DNA of 64,000 nucleotides from Lingula anatina (GCA_051362555.1 CM120641.1:44770401-44834400), one strand, 5' to 3'. Counted from the first letter of the stretch, positions 1 to 12,835 are shown. Notes: generated from the letters alone by a model not told the origin. Numbers and translations: made by a program.

Positions 1-321
1 TTCAAGTTTTTGTAGAAAGAACGATTGACAACTCGATTAAAATATTGGAAAATAATAAAAATTCTCAAATCATTTATATATTTTTTACTTGTATATTTTA
101 GAAAGATGACAGAAAATGATAAAAAAGTATTGGCTATTTTAATTGTAATTAAAATTAAAAGATTCAGAAAAGTCAGTTAAGCTCATCGCTGTTAGGCTCA
201 TCACCTCTACCTGGTGATGCACCTTGTTTAAAGGCAGACAAAAAATGTTGGGGGGGGGGGATCCTAAGACCATCATATTGTAAGCTTTTACAAATAGGCC
301 AATAAACAATGTATTACTTGT

Positions 322-479
322 GGGGGCGTCTCGATAGTCCGAAGGTTCATTGGTCCGAAAAGTGGTAACATTTTCATCGCTTTTTTAATCAAGGGTTCAT
401 TGGTCCGAAGGTTCTATAGTGAATATTCGGACCAATGAACCTTCGGACTATTGAACCTTCGGACTATTGCTACGGCCCC
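322..479. mobile_element. MITE with GGGG termini, 16-bp subterminal repeats and an 8-bp TSD
   Basis: Imperfect TIRs GGGGGCGTCTCGATAGTCCGAAGGTTCA...TGAACCTTCGGACTATTGCTACGGCCCC. TSD TTACTTGT at 314-321 and 480-487. A second copy lies at 13001. Confidence 0.85.
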
Positions 480-2123
480 TTACTTGTTACATGTACATAT
501 CTACTAGTACTACAATGTATGGGGCATATATTAAGTAGGGTCTTTTAACTGTTCAATATACTGGTTGAAAAAAAAATTGCTCTACACAAAATTTACTAGT
601 ATTTATTACAAATGATGAATTTTACCCAAATACAAAGATTAAGTATCTTTTTCTTCTTTCAAACAGTTGTCATTAATATATACTAGAACAAGATGACACA
701 TCAAATTCATTCATTTATTAATTGACTCACCCATTTATTCATTCATACCAGTACACTCTTTAAACAACTGTTCTTATTTTGTAGTACTTTTACAGAACAT
801 TAGTGGGCAATGATTCTTAGCAACAATTCCAATATTGTGGAGGCATATTTACAATATAACTAATAAAATGACTAAATGATCCATCCATTAGCTGTCACAA
901 TTACATATTTCTCCTTAGAGCAATTATAAACATACAATGACTAGTATGACTTTAAATAACAACAAAGGAGAAGACAAATGAAAGTAATATCAAACCTTAC
1001 AAAAATGTAAACAAAAATGTTTCCCTTATTTCACTGTTGCATTCATGCTTTAAACGTTATCACCGAGAAAAAAACCCTGGCCAAAGATAACATTTCAATA
1101 AAAATTTACTCAAATGTAACAGTGGTCAAGTTTTTCTCCCTGAGGACTAATCTTGCTACTTTCATTAAATGTATTTATCTTCACGCATAATATGTATCAG
1201 TGATCAATGGATCAAAACAGATAACACAGTTCATAGAAAGACTTAATGAACAATATAAAAAAATATATAAATATATACTTGCATAAATGTGTGATGTTAT
1301 TTTTCTTAAGTTCTAATCAGCAATTTGTATAAAAGACCAAATTTACTTTTCACATTAACACACCTAATTAGACAATAGTGAGATTTCCATTTAAACACAA
1401 ATTCATTATTTACTAGAACAACTACAGAAGGTATCACTTACCCCCTAGCTAGTAAAAAAACAAGATATCAAGGTTACATGTTATATTTACTGACATTACA
1501 GTTAGGGGTGGAGGTCATAAATTAATAAAATTTTCCTAGCCAACATGTCACATTTCATTGAATCTTTACAAACATCTACCAGTATATACAATGAAATGTT
1601 TGATACATATTGTACATGTACAAACAAACATAACAAAAATTCTGTAAAGTCTGCCCACAGTTGTATGGGCAGTTAAGACTTACCCAAAGTGTCAAGATCA
1701 ATGGATTTCATAGTATAAAATAATCTGTGGGTCAAGTTATCAACTTAAATTTCTTTTGGTACAAAATTTGGTCCACTTCAGTTTGAAAGCACACAAGTTA
1801 TAAACAAGCTTATGTAAAGCTCATTATTTCTAAACATCACATATAAAAGTTCAAAATATACAACAGGATGCTTTTATTTAACAAACATATACAAAGAAAG
1901 TGCAAGACATGCATATTATCATAAACTATCAAAAGATTATGGCAAATAATAAATAATACTGTATAAACAATTCTTAATTTTACATTTGTTCTAGATAAAT
2001 CTGTACAAATTGCAACTGAATTTGCTCTCAGTAGTGTTGTACACAATAAGCTCAAAATGCATAACCCTCATGAAATAGCACCTTTTTTTCCATATCCCTT
2101 CATTTTTCTAAGTCATTAAAACC

Positions 2124-5100
2124 TTATAGTGCAAGGAAGAATTTTTTGACATACAGGTAATAAGAAACCAAGACCCAAAAAGCAGCACCCCAAAGGTGAA
2201 CAGCCAACAGAGCACCATGAGTGCTTGGGACCTTGAACTGCACGGGAAAACAATTGGAAAACATTTCATGACACACATAGACAAGGATGGAGTTCTTCCC
2301 TGAAATGGCAAACATCAAGATTACGCATTTCCACTTAAAATAAAAAAACATCAGTGACACATCAATGATGATGGAGCTGTAGAGTATTTATGTTTAACTC
2401 AAAAGTATTTTAGTTTAACTGAAAACAGTTTCCCATCAAAATGCACACACATGTATTTCAGGATTAATGAAAATTGATGGACAACAGGAGAAAATATGAA
2501 CTGATTTTTAACACTGTAATTTCCCAATGTCCTAAATGCATGATAACATTAACAATAGGATAGTTACATGTAACATTATAAATTGATGCACATACTATTA
2601 ATGTGGCAGTAATAACTCAGGTGAAAATCAGTATATTTTTCCAAATTTGCTTCTTAATCAAACTTAACAAGTTAAGGGATGATATTGATAACAATGATAA
2701 GCATATTCACCATTAAAAGCAAACTGCAGTTAAGATTTTTTTTTTAGAAAAGCTAACTTCATTTTGATAGTCTTTTTTAAAGAAGTAAACTTAATCTAGA
2801 TGATCTCTTTTTCTAAGAAATTCAAAATAAGCTTTGACCAAATAATAATAAAAATACAATTAAAAAGAACCAAACCTACCTGGATATATGAAAGGAGCAC
2901 CTGACCAGAATTGTTTCACATCTATAAGCAGATAGCACACAATCAGCAGCAAATACGCCATAGAACCAGTGGCCAATACGAAACTGAGCGACCTAGAAAT
3001 TATTGAAGTTTATTTTAATTTAGTTTTACAAAATAAATCAAGTATGTTAGGTTCCCCTTGTTCCCCCGATGGGCAGGTTACAGTCTAGCTTTTCACAGCT
3101 ATCAATCAAGTTTCAGTCTTAAATTTAAGATATATTTTGGTTTCTTTTTTTAAAAACCCACAAGTAAATCTTTTATAAGAATGAATCTCTCCAACTCTGT
3201 TGGTATTTCTAACTTACCATAAATTTTTGTTAATTGGAACCCATCCTTTATTCTGTGAACACTTGGTCAGCAATAGTGCAAGACCTCCCTGGTAATAAAA
3301 AGAAATGATGTCAAATGCATTCTAAAATCTTATTCACTTGTGCATTTACCATTTTTCTGACAAAATAAACTATTCCCTCATCATTTATATGTATTTTTTT
3401 CCACACCTAAATCTGTCAGCCATCTTGTTCAAAACTGAAATAAAGGACATTCACTGGCTACATTAAATTGGCACATTCAACAGTAAGACCAATTCAAGGG
3501 ATGGTAACTGCCAAACTACATCACTGCAACAAAGTTTCAAAAGACAAATTACTAGTTTATACTCACAGTTAATACTGCAAACAGCATTAATCTTAATATC
3601 TTTGAACTATTTTTCCTGTATGTTATCATAATTTTTCCAGCCTGTAAAAAAATGAACAAGTGATTAGTATTATATTTTGCTTACAGATGTAATATGGTTA
3701 AGACAGCCCAGGTGAAATATTGTACTTAAAACTGAGAAAAATTCTATTCTTTCCTGATTCTCTTTATGAAAGTTTTATTTTGTTCACAGCAGTAAATTAT
3801 ATCATCAGCGTGTGTGTGTGTGTGCGTGTGTGCACGTGCACACACAGGTAAATATAAACTTATTTCAACTTACGTGCAACCCCAGGAAGCATATAAATAT
3901 TGAGGTGAGTGTTCCCAATATTCCCTCTGGATCATAAGGTAAAGTGGTGCTATAAACAAACTGAAATGGTATTGAAAGAGAGAATGTCAGGAAAAAATCC
4001 ATAACAAATCAATTCACATAACACACATGAGATTTCAACATAACTGGTATCATTTCATAAAAATTAAAAGCTGTTAACAAAATCATGTCTGTCAAAACAG
4101 TAAAAACTGTTTACTTCAAATGTGTACATTTTTATACTGTGATCTGTATGACTATTACTCTATGTATACAGTATCTGTTGGATCATAGATAAAAAATTAA
4201 AGAGTCCCAAACTTTAAACTCAAATCCACAATAATTCTACGAAGTTTCAATTCACAGCAATGCCACAGGCAAAAAAAAAAAAAAAAAAATGACTCATACT
4301 AGTAGCTTGTGCAAAAACAATCTGTAAAAATATTGAAATTACCACCAGTTGAACTAGTTACTAGTAAAATTTTTGAATTTTTTTTAACATGTTTGTGGAC
4401 AAATTTATTAGCCAATTTGTCAGGTGGCAAATATCTCAGACTGATCTGATAAAATGTTACAAGCTATTTTTGGCAATTTTTATGAGGAAAAGAGTAACAT
4501 TTAGTTTACATCCACGCACGTACAAATGCACACACAATGGCATGATTAAATGAAATACACTACGGGCAATACAAATGAAAACAGTATCTACCCTAAAGGA
4601 AGGGGATTGATATATCCTGTCCCTGCCAAGAATCCAGCGGTCTATGTACCCAGCAACTCCTCCTGTACAATTAGCGTGGGAGCCATTATAATATAAAGGA
4701 CCACCAGGACCAATGTTGCCACTTTAACATTAAAAAATAAAATAAAATAAAAATTTAAAGAAAAAAATTACATACAATAACATATGGACTTTTATTTCGA
4801 TCAAATTCTTCAAACAAATTGTAAATGGTATGTATTTAAAATAAATATCAAATATCTATTTAATGATGAAATGTTATCTAATGTGCATGCATTGCATTAA
4901 TGTGTTGTTACCACTGATGGAGAGAGAGAGAAAGAGAGAGAGCGAGGAGGAGGGAGGGCTGAAGTCCAACAGAGGGAGGGAATGAGAGAGAGAGAGAGAG
5001 AGAGAGAGAGGCAGAGGGGGGGGGGGGGACTTACATATCACAGTCTGGCACTTGAACAGCAAAAGTTACTGCTACATGAATGATGGCACAGCTTAAACCT

Positions 5101-8100
5101 ATGATCCATTCTGGCCAGTACAGCACTATGTCTCGAATTGGATGCCACCATTTGGTCTGAAAAAAAAAGGAAAAGGTGCAAAACCCAAATGTTCCATTGA
5201 TTTATCTAGCATTACAAATTATCATCCTTTCTACATTGTTATCTAAAAAGTATTGAACAGATTCTTTAAACTAGCTCATTTAGAACATTAAATATTATGT
5301 CATGAAGGCATGTACTTGAACCATCTATATTATGACAAAAAAAATTAGCAGGCACTGCAATTGCATAAAGGCAAATTTAATGGCAATTATTATCAACTAT
5401 TATCATTGGTTAATCCATGAGACACCTATTTGATCACAACTATAATCATTGCTTAATCCATGAGATATCTATTTGATCAAAGACACTGTTGCTCTTTTTG
5501 TACAAGTTTGTGCGAAAATATATTCATTTTCAATCAGTCATCACTCATTTTTTTCTTTATCCTTCATACAAATACTTGGGGCTTAACAAGTGAAAAATTT
5601 AAGATAAATGCCAAGTAAAATCAATTTATAAATACATAAAAAATACTGTTTTAAGGTGACTGTATAACAGCTGCCAACTATCCTTATTCTTGTCAGTGAT
5701 GGCTAGACAATCATTTTGACTGAAGAAAAATAATGATACCAATAAAAGCAGGGGTGATGGGAGATGTCTTTTGGGTCTTACGGAAGACAATCACAATTTT
5801 CAAGTTTTCTACTGGAAGACAGTCAAAATGAATGATGGATCAACAAAAAAGGCTATAAAAAGATTGTAGTCTGCTTGCCACTGGTCCAAGACAACTGATA
5901 AGTACACTCGGCATCAAATGGCAAAAACTTGAATCTTTAAAGGTTTCTAGTACAACTGGAAATTTAGGCGGTTGTTTTAGATTATTTTTTTACCATAATC
6001 TATATTCAGATTTCATACATGGACTCATAATTTTTTATTCAAACCAGTAAGAAGCTTTCTGAGGTCTACCAGTCAAAAGCTAAAGCCACAGACTGAGAAT
6101 GCATGAGTGATGTTTCAGAAATTGATCAAATTTACCTGCTGCGGGGGATGTGGAGCATCAATAGAGGCCAGGGAATTACTGCCAAGGGATCCGTTGATAA
6201 GCCTCATGTCGTCCTGAAAATAGCAGACTTTTGCAAAAGTTGCAAAATAGGACTTGGGTGACCAAGGAATTCATTTCAGATCCACCACAACTGATGCAAT
6301 CTGCATCTTCTCTCATCTAACACAATCACGCTTTCTCACAAATTATCTCTTTGGAATTTCTCATTGCCAAGTATGATATAAAATCCAAAGATCAACAAGA
6401 ATTATATATAGATTTTTTTTTTGACTAAGCAAGCAGAAGCATGAAGCTACAAAACTTTTAAGACAATTCAGGTTTCTATGTTCAGCATAAGTGATATGTC
6501 TCAAATAAATCTCAAATTGCTTTTGGTTCAGGGTAAAAACATTACAGCATTTAATATCAGGGTTGATATAGCTAGTTTTTTGTTATCCATAATTTTTTAT
6601 TGGTTAGACCCATAGGTGTTGCCCAATCACTGCTATAAATGGTTGCCTCTCTACAGGACTAATAATCAATTGAAACCCAGGATACAAAAGGGCAGCAGCT
6701 GATAAAAAGGTTAGGTTATGGAATTAGGAATATGTAAAAGGCTAGTTTTTCTTCTAAAAAGCACTTCTGGCAAATTACAAACCCTCAAGCCCATTAATCG
6801 TATTTTTTCACTGTCCTTTTCCCTGCCTAGGAGCAAGTCCTCGCTATTTAAATTCTTTTCCTAAAATACAATAAACAAATCCTTATTCCATATACCCAGC
6901 ATCATCTCCTCATAAATAGAGAGTTATCCTCAGCAAACGGCAGCTATAAATTTGTGAATGTATTATTAAGAACCTGAAGTAGTCCTTGACTTGCCTCCAT
7001 GTCTGCAGGATCTGGGTGGGCAAAGAACATCTCCATGACAGCCAGGACTAGGTATGTGGCAGCAAACCTTTGGAGGACGCCTGGGATACGCAACTTATCT
7101 GGTTCAGTTACTAGAAACAAAGTACAGTGTATATCAATACTGCTTTACTTCATACTTCAAATAAAGAGAGATCTGCATAATACATTTATAGATGAAAATC
7201 ACAGACAGAGAAAAGTATGAAAATAGGTGCAAGGTCATAAGTATATACATATACATGTAAATGTTTTCACATAAGATTAAAATTATGAATTTATTAGTAG
7301 AATAAAGTGATTTCTAAAAAGGGGAAAATAAAGAAACAATATCCTGATGAGAAAAAAATGACATTACAATTATAGAATAAGCATAGCAAAAAACTTCTTA
7401 AATCAGTCTACTGTAAAAGTGTTATAATAGTTAATTAACCAATAATGCGCCGTTGTAAGGGTACAATGTAGCACTTTATAATAAAGATCGTATGTGAGAT
7501 TTTGTCTAAAATCTTCCCATTTTGCCTGTGCTTTTGTTGTTACAGCTTCTGAACACAATTCTGAATATTTTGACACTATGTATAAAAGAGATATATGTAA
7601 CCACCAACTAGGCATATGCCACGTCATGCAAAAAGTGGTCTTAAAAGGGTATATTCATAAAACATTTCCAAGTTAGTAACTCAACAGAGTAACTTCAAGA
7701 ATAATGTTATGGACGCCGGAATTTATTTCAATTTGTCACAAATTCAGTTTTAACAAATTTTGAAAATAAACTTACCAGAATCCTTTGTATTGATTATTAT
7801 TCCAAGTATAAAAAGAACAACTGTTCTGAAAACTATTTTCTTCAAAATGTCCAACTTAGATACTTTGCGTTTTTTCACACCACGAAATGAGAAGGCCATT
7901 GCTGTTCCCATGATAAAAACAAACCTGTAAAGTCAGCATGATTTCATAAATTATTAGTATTTGAAAATCAATATTTCATGTCAACTTATATCGGGAAAAA
8001 AATTAAAATATAAAAAATAATTACTGAATTTAGCCATTGCACTTAATTTTGTGTTAAAAGCCATGCCAGACTATAATCTTAATATACTGCACAAAAAGTT

Positions 8101-11100
8101 TTGCTTAATAAAGTTATCATTATGACACCAATAAGGAAAATACTTTAAACACTGTATGTGAAATATATTTTACTTGTAGATTTGTTATATCATCTCATCA
8201 ACATAAACTGATGGATAATTTAAAGCCAGTGCTAAAGGACAAACCAAAAGCATGCAACTACATACAACACTTAGTACTAATTCCCAGTTAAACTATCATT
8301 TTACTCAGATGGATCAAACCCAGTGGGGACATTTGCTGAATGCAATCAGATTAACACCTCTTCTCTTGTTTCCAACATACTCATATAATCATCATTTTTT
8401 CTGTATTCTGCTAGAGCTAAGAAGAGGCATGTTTATCTGATAATAACCTGATTGTATTCAGCGAGACAGGAAACAGGGGCAGGTTTGACAAAAGAAGTTT
8501 GACCCCATTCCCACAGACACTATCGGTCTACGTAGATCCAACTCTTGTGAAGATTCTCTTTGAGTACAGTCAGCTTAACTGAATGACACGCCTAGATTAA
8601 AGCAACTACTAGCTTAAAGCAGACTAAAAATGTTAATTTTAAAGTTTAGACCCACTTTCCATCAGATAGTCTTCTGTGGACCAAAACAAGGAGTAGAGTA
8701 ATGAGAGAACATACCAAGGAAAAACAAGATCTGCTACAGTAAGTCCATTCCATGCAGAGTGGTTAAAGAACCAGTAATGACCTCCGCCATAATTCACAAA
8801 GATCATCACAGTTAGTGCTAGTCTGAAACATTAGGCAGAAACACACATAGAGCACAAACAGAAATCAGTAGCCAAATAGTTGTCACACAAAAGCAAAGAT
8901 CTGGGACCTGTTTCACAAAAAAAAAAGTCCCGTGATTTTGTCTAGCCTAACTGGCTCAAGTTAAGACGGCTAAACTCCAAAAGCCAACTACCAAATGTGT
9001 AAAATCAAACTCTGTCATGTTGGTCAAGATCTAGGTATGCTGCCCCTTAGTTTCTTTGTGAAAGACAAAATGGTTAGCTAACATTCTTTCCAGACTTTAC
9101 CAAGATCTAATTTTTTGTGAAACAGGTTCTGTAATGAAGGCAGACGGGGTGTTGTAGTCAGGTGACAGGGTACAAGAACTCTTCACAGCAGAGATGACTG
9201 AAGAAGAATCTCTGTGATTTATTCCCACTTTCTGTAGTATTTTAAAAACCAATTAATACAAAAAATGGTAAAATTTGATCATTGTCTTTTAATGAAATAT
9301 TCTACTTCCAGACATATTTTCTATATTTTAATGTTAGAAAAATGACCCTCTACAATTCACATGTGAAAATCCTTAACCTTCCCCCTTAAATATTTATTTT
9401 TATCATTTCAAGCTTTTTCACTTTTTCAGTCATCTCTCGAAAGTCTTTCTGGCAAGAAGCAACTGGTCACCTGACCACCTATCTCCAGTCACTCACCATG
9501 GGAACACCAAGTCTGCTACAGTAAGGCCATTCCATCTTGAATGACGGAAGAACCAGTATTTGCCACCCCCATAATTTACAAAGATCATTATTGTTATTGC
9601 AATGCTGAAATAGATTTAGATAAGTCATTATGTATCAATAAACTTTACTGAGATTAAAGAAGTAAACTTGTCTCTGAAAGTATAATTCCACATCTTAGAA
9701 AATTTGTGTTTTTCTCATTTGGATTAAAATCTACTTTTCATTGATAAGTGTAATCCTTGAATCCCTTACCCTCTGAAAGCATCCAGTGAGTTGAGCCTTT
9801 CCTTAGATTTATTGTTTTCTGGTTGTTCTTCATTTACAATTGTTATTATGCCAAGATCCTAAAATCAAATGCTTTGATCAATTTTAAGACAGTAATCACA
9901 ACTTCATTCTAAACAATTACTTTGAAACAGAGAGATATATCTATCTTTATATAGTAAAACTGAACAAATAAAAATAAAACCTGAAACACTTCAAAATAAA
10001 TTTTATCAGCCTTAATTGACACAAACTCAGTTAGATATTCAGTAACAAAAACATACGCCAGGATAAAAAAGTAAGCTAGAAATTCTAAACAGTTTACTTA
10101 CTGTGGTCACCAGGTGGTCAGACTGCATACAAAATAATTTGTATATATACCCTTTCCTGCAGACCAAAGATAAATTGTTTATATCATGATCAGAATAGAT
10201 AAAAAAATATAATTTTTGGATCAATTCATAAATAAAAAGAGGCAAATTTTCAAAACCATGGTCTTACTCCCAATAATTTGTTCTCCATACATTAACTGGG
10301 TTACAGATAGGTTATCCAAAGATATAGGTTGTGAATTTGCTCAGATATTATTATAAATTCTGATTAAATCTTATCCTACGGATTATACTCTCAGACGCTT
10401 GCCACATAATTTCTAATAAGGTTTTATTAATTGTCAACATTTATTTACTCAATACTAACAGTCTTTACATATAATTACCTTATTAGGAATTTCAAAAAGA
10501 TCCACAATAGAGCTAAGGCCACAAAAACTCCAATAGCAACATAGATTGCTGAAAATAAATATAATCTAAAAGGCACCATTTCCAATTTTTGTTTTGTGGA
10601 TGTACACTTTCAAAAAGGGAGAGAAAATTTACTCAAAATGACAAATAACAGATTTGTCAACTCGAATACTGACTAAAGTTTTGTCAATCACCCGTAATTT
10701 TCTCCTTTTTTGATCATTTAATACAGAAGCAAGAAACTTTCAAATCACCCTTTCACAAATAAAAAGGAGGAAATCCCATAAAGGAGGACTAATCCCATCT
10801 CTGTATTGTATGATTTAAATACTCACGTATATTACTGTCCCAGACCTCTGAATCTGGAGTAAGATTACATGTGCTATTCCCAGGTAGGTCTTTCATTATA
10901 TATAAGGAATAATTTCCACACTCTTTAAATGAAAAAGAGTCAACTCTGAAAAAAGATAACAAGTATATTTTACAATTAAATGAAATCATGTGATACAGAT
11001 ATGAAAAATTGTGAGCAGAGGTGTTATCCATTGTGAGGGGAGGAAATTGCTTGACCTGCATAAGTAGATGTTAGATCATTTTCGATCTCAAAAGCAGATT

Positions 11101-12814
11101 CAGTCCATTTTAAGACTATTGCTGTAATGATTAAGACCATGTTAGATCATTTGTTATCTAAAAATGCACTTTAAGACCAAATCAAGCACACTAGTGTCTG
11201 TAGTACCTGCATAATTCAAGGATAGTGCCATTGGGCCATGCTGCAAAAACCATCAGAGCCACTGGGTGCTGTGTATCCACTTTCAGATCAACATTTGAAT
11301 TTTGATGGAAATAAAAGACTCCCCCAGTTGAGCTGTTCAGGACAGGCTGGTACTTACACTGAAATATTAAGACAAAATGAGACATTAACCACCATTTGGA
11401 GACAACTGACTAACCAATCTGGCATATGGCTAGAAAAAATGCTTTTTACAAGAAGTTGTCAGGTTGAACTAGTGGATGTGTAAGTGGTTGTATAAGATTA
11501 TTTTACTAACTTCTATAGATAGACCTCATCTTCAAGCTGGTCAATTTTAATATTGATAAGTGCTTTCTGGGGAATTGTCTTTGTGGGATAAAAATTTAAG
11601 GTAAATACTATGAAGATATTTGGTCCATCAAATCTTTGACAACATAAATAATTTACTTTCATCACTGATATCTGAAAAGGTATAATGAATAAATCGCCTT
11701 CAAAAAAATTAAAAAAAAAAACTTTATATCTCACCAACTGAAGTTTTTTTCACTGAGGCAAATGCTTCCATTTTACTTCCACAAACTTTTTCGCAAAGAA
11801 AAGAATGAAAACCTAAGACAAGACTAAGGGTGCTTTCCCAGAGATTTAGATCGATCTAAAGATTAAGATTTAGATCTACCTAACTCCCTGGGGGTTCACG
11901 CTAAATTGCAGTCAGCCGAGCGGGCACCATAGTTAATTACCCCTTACAGCTTTTAGTAGGCGGGACAGACGCCGGCCAAGCTGACAGTAATCTAGTGAGA
12001 CTCCCCACAGGGTTAGATCGATCTAAAAATCTATGGAAATGGGGTGTAAATTATATTCTCTTTTGCTCCCTTTCAACCCATACTACCAGAAGTCAGATAA
12101 TAGATCCCTCACAATAAACAAATCATACTTCATAACAAACATCAGACTTGTATTCCAGCAAAAACTCCACAGAACTGTCTGGTTTTTCCACAGTGATATG
12201 CACATGAAGCAAAGCTTCATCCATAGTGCAGTCTGCATGGTGAGTCTCATGGACAGGGGCTACTTGGTATGCTGAAAGAACAATAATAATAATTCCAATT
12301 CCTCAGTGATAACAGTTCTTAACAATGATATAATATGCCTTCTATACATCTGCTTGTGTTAAAATGTAAGTAAAAACATATGGACAGACATAGTGATCTA
12401 AATTCAATATACTGTACAAGTAATTTGTAAGGATAACTAATAAGGTAATCGAACACTTGACAAAATTGTGCTCGAAGTTGGTTTCAAAATGTCGTGTAAT
12501 TTTGCAAACTAGAGTGCCCTAACAAGCTTCTTTTAGATTTTATATGTATTGTCTGTTCAAAGTGAAAGAGAAAACGGAAGAGAACCATAATAAAAGTGGC
12601 TTTGTCGATTCAAAACTCAGTTAAAACAAGACTTCCGCAGACGACCAAGCAATTTATACTGTTTGGCATCTATCATATTTACTCATATTTAAAGAACAGT
12701 ATAATGAATATAAACCCTCAGTCCATAAAAATACGCACCTTTAACTGGAATACACATTAAAAGTATTACAGCAAACATAGACCAAAAGAGCGTCAGCGCA
12801 CCTGCACCCGCCAT
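2124..12814 (-). CDS. HGSNAT: Heparan-alpha-glucosaminide N-acetyltransferase (lysosomal transmembrane acetyltransferase), multi-exon
   Basis: Phase-consistent exons assembled by hand: 12739-12814, 12129-12271, 11207-11358, 10827-10945, 10479-10548, 10102-10156, 9770-9858, [9497-9604 or 8715-8822], 7776-7924, 6995-7110, (6136-6213), 5035-5156, 4592-4721, 3874-3960, 3567-3641, 3218-3288, 2880-2992, 2124-2299. The translation has a signal peptide and the family motifs [19 protein letters not shown], [22 protein letters not shown], [41 protein letters not shown] and [10 protein letters not shown]. Confidence 0.97.
4982..5010. repeat. (GA)n microsatellite followed by a G-run
   Basis: Direct reading. 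Confidence 0.9.
6136..6213 (-). CDS. Candidate 78-nt cassette exon in HGSNAT ([26 protein letters not shown])
   Basis: ctattttcag acceptor, CAG|gtaaat donor, phase 0-0, no stop codon, and GC-richer than the surrounding intron. I recall no counterpart in vertebrate HGSNAT. Confidence 0.55.
8715..8822 (-). CDS. HGSNAT: HGSNAT active-site exon, copy B ([36 protein letters not shown])
   Basis: 108 nt, acceptor ctaatgtttcag (branch-point-like CTAAT), donor gtatgt, phase 2-2, open reading frame. It is paralogous to 9497-9604. Confidence 0.92.
8904..9129. mobile_element. Harbinger-like MITE / inverted repeat between the duplicated HGSNAT exons
   Basis: GGACCTGTTTCACAAAA ... TTTTGTGAAACAGGTTC is a 16/17 inverted match, with CTG at both flanks (possible 3-bp TSD). 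Confidence 0.65.
9154..9478 (-). other. Bipartite long-range intronic inverted repeat next to the donor of HGSNAT exon copy A
   Basis: 9154-9166 pairs with 9466-9478 (13 bp, one G-U in the pre-mRNA). 9190-9206 pairs with 9421-9437 (16/17). The two pairings are nested correctly for one stem. Confidence 0.8.
9497..9604 (-). CDS. HGSNAT: HGSNAT active-site exon, copy A ([36 protein letters not shown])
   Basis: 108 nt, acceptor tatttcag, donor gtgagt, phase 2-2, open reading frame in frame with both flanking exons. Confidence 0.93.
11828..12046. mobile_element. PIF/Harbinger-like MITE with TAA TSD
   Basis: TAA flanks at 11825-11827 and 12047-12049, imperfect TIRs with TAGATCGATCTA palindromes, and related copies at 23212-23539. 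Confidence 0.75.
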
Positions 12815-12827
12815 TTTGGCTTCCACA

Positions 12828-12835
12828 TCATGTGA
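12828..12835. promoter_or_regulatory. M-box/CLEAR-like E-box TCATGTGA (MiT/TFE family) just upstream of the HGSNAT ATG
   Basis: TCATGTGA lies 13 nt from the start codon of a lysosomal gene. The ATG itself sits in a YY1-like CAAAATGGCG context. Confidence 0.5.

Noticed and set aside
8698-8707. UCAUUAC after the exon B donor as a competing selector for the exon A donor region
   Set aside because: Only 7 nt are shared with 9131-9137, too short to support without conservation data.
8715-9604. Duplicated exon as a haplotype or assembly artefact, or a dead pseudo-exon
   Set aside because: The copies differ at many synonymous sites, the flanking introns are unrelated, and both keep frame, splice sites and catalytic residues.
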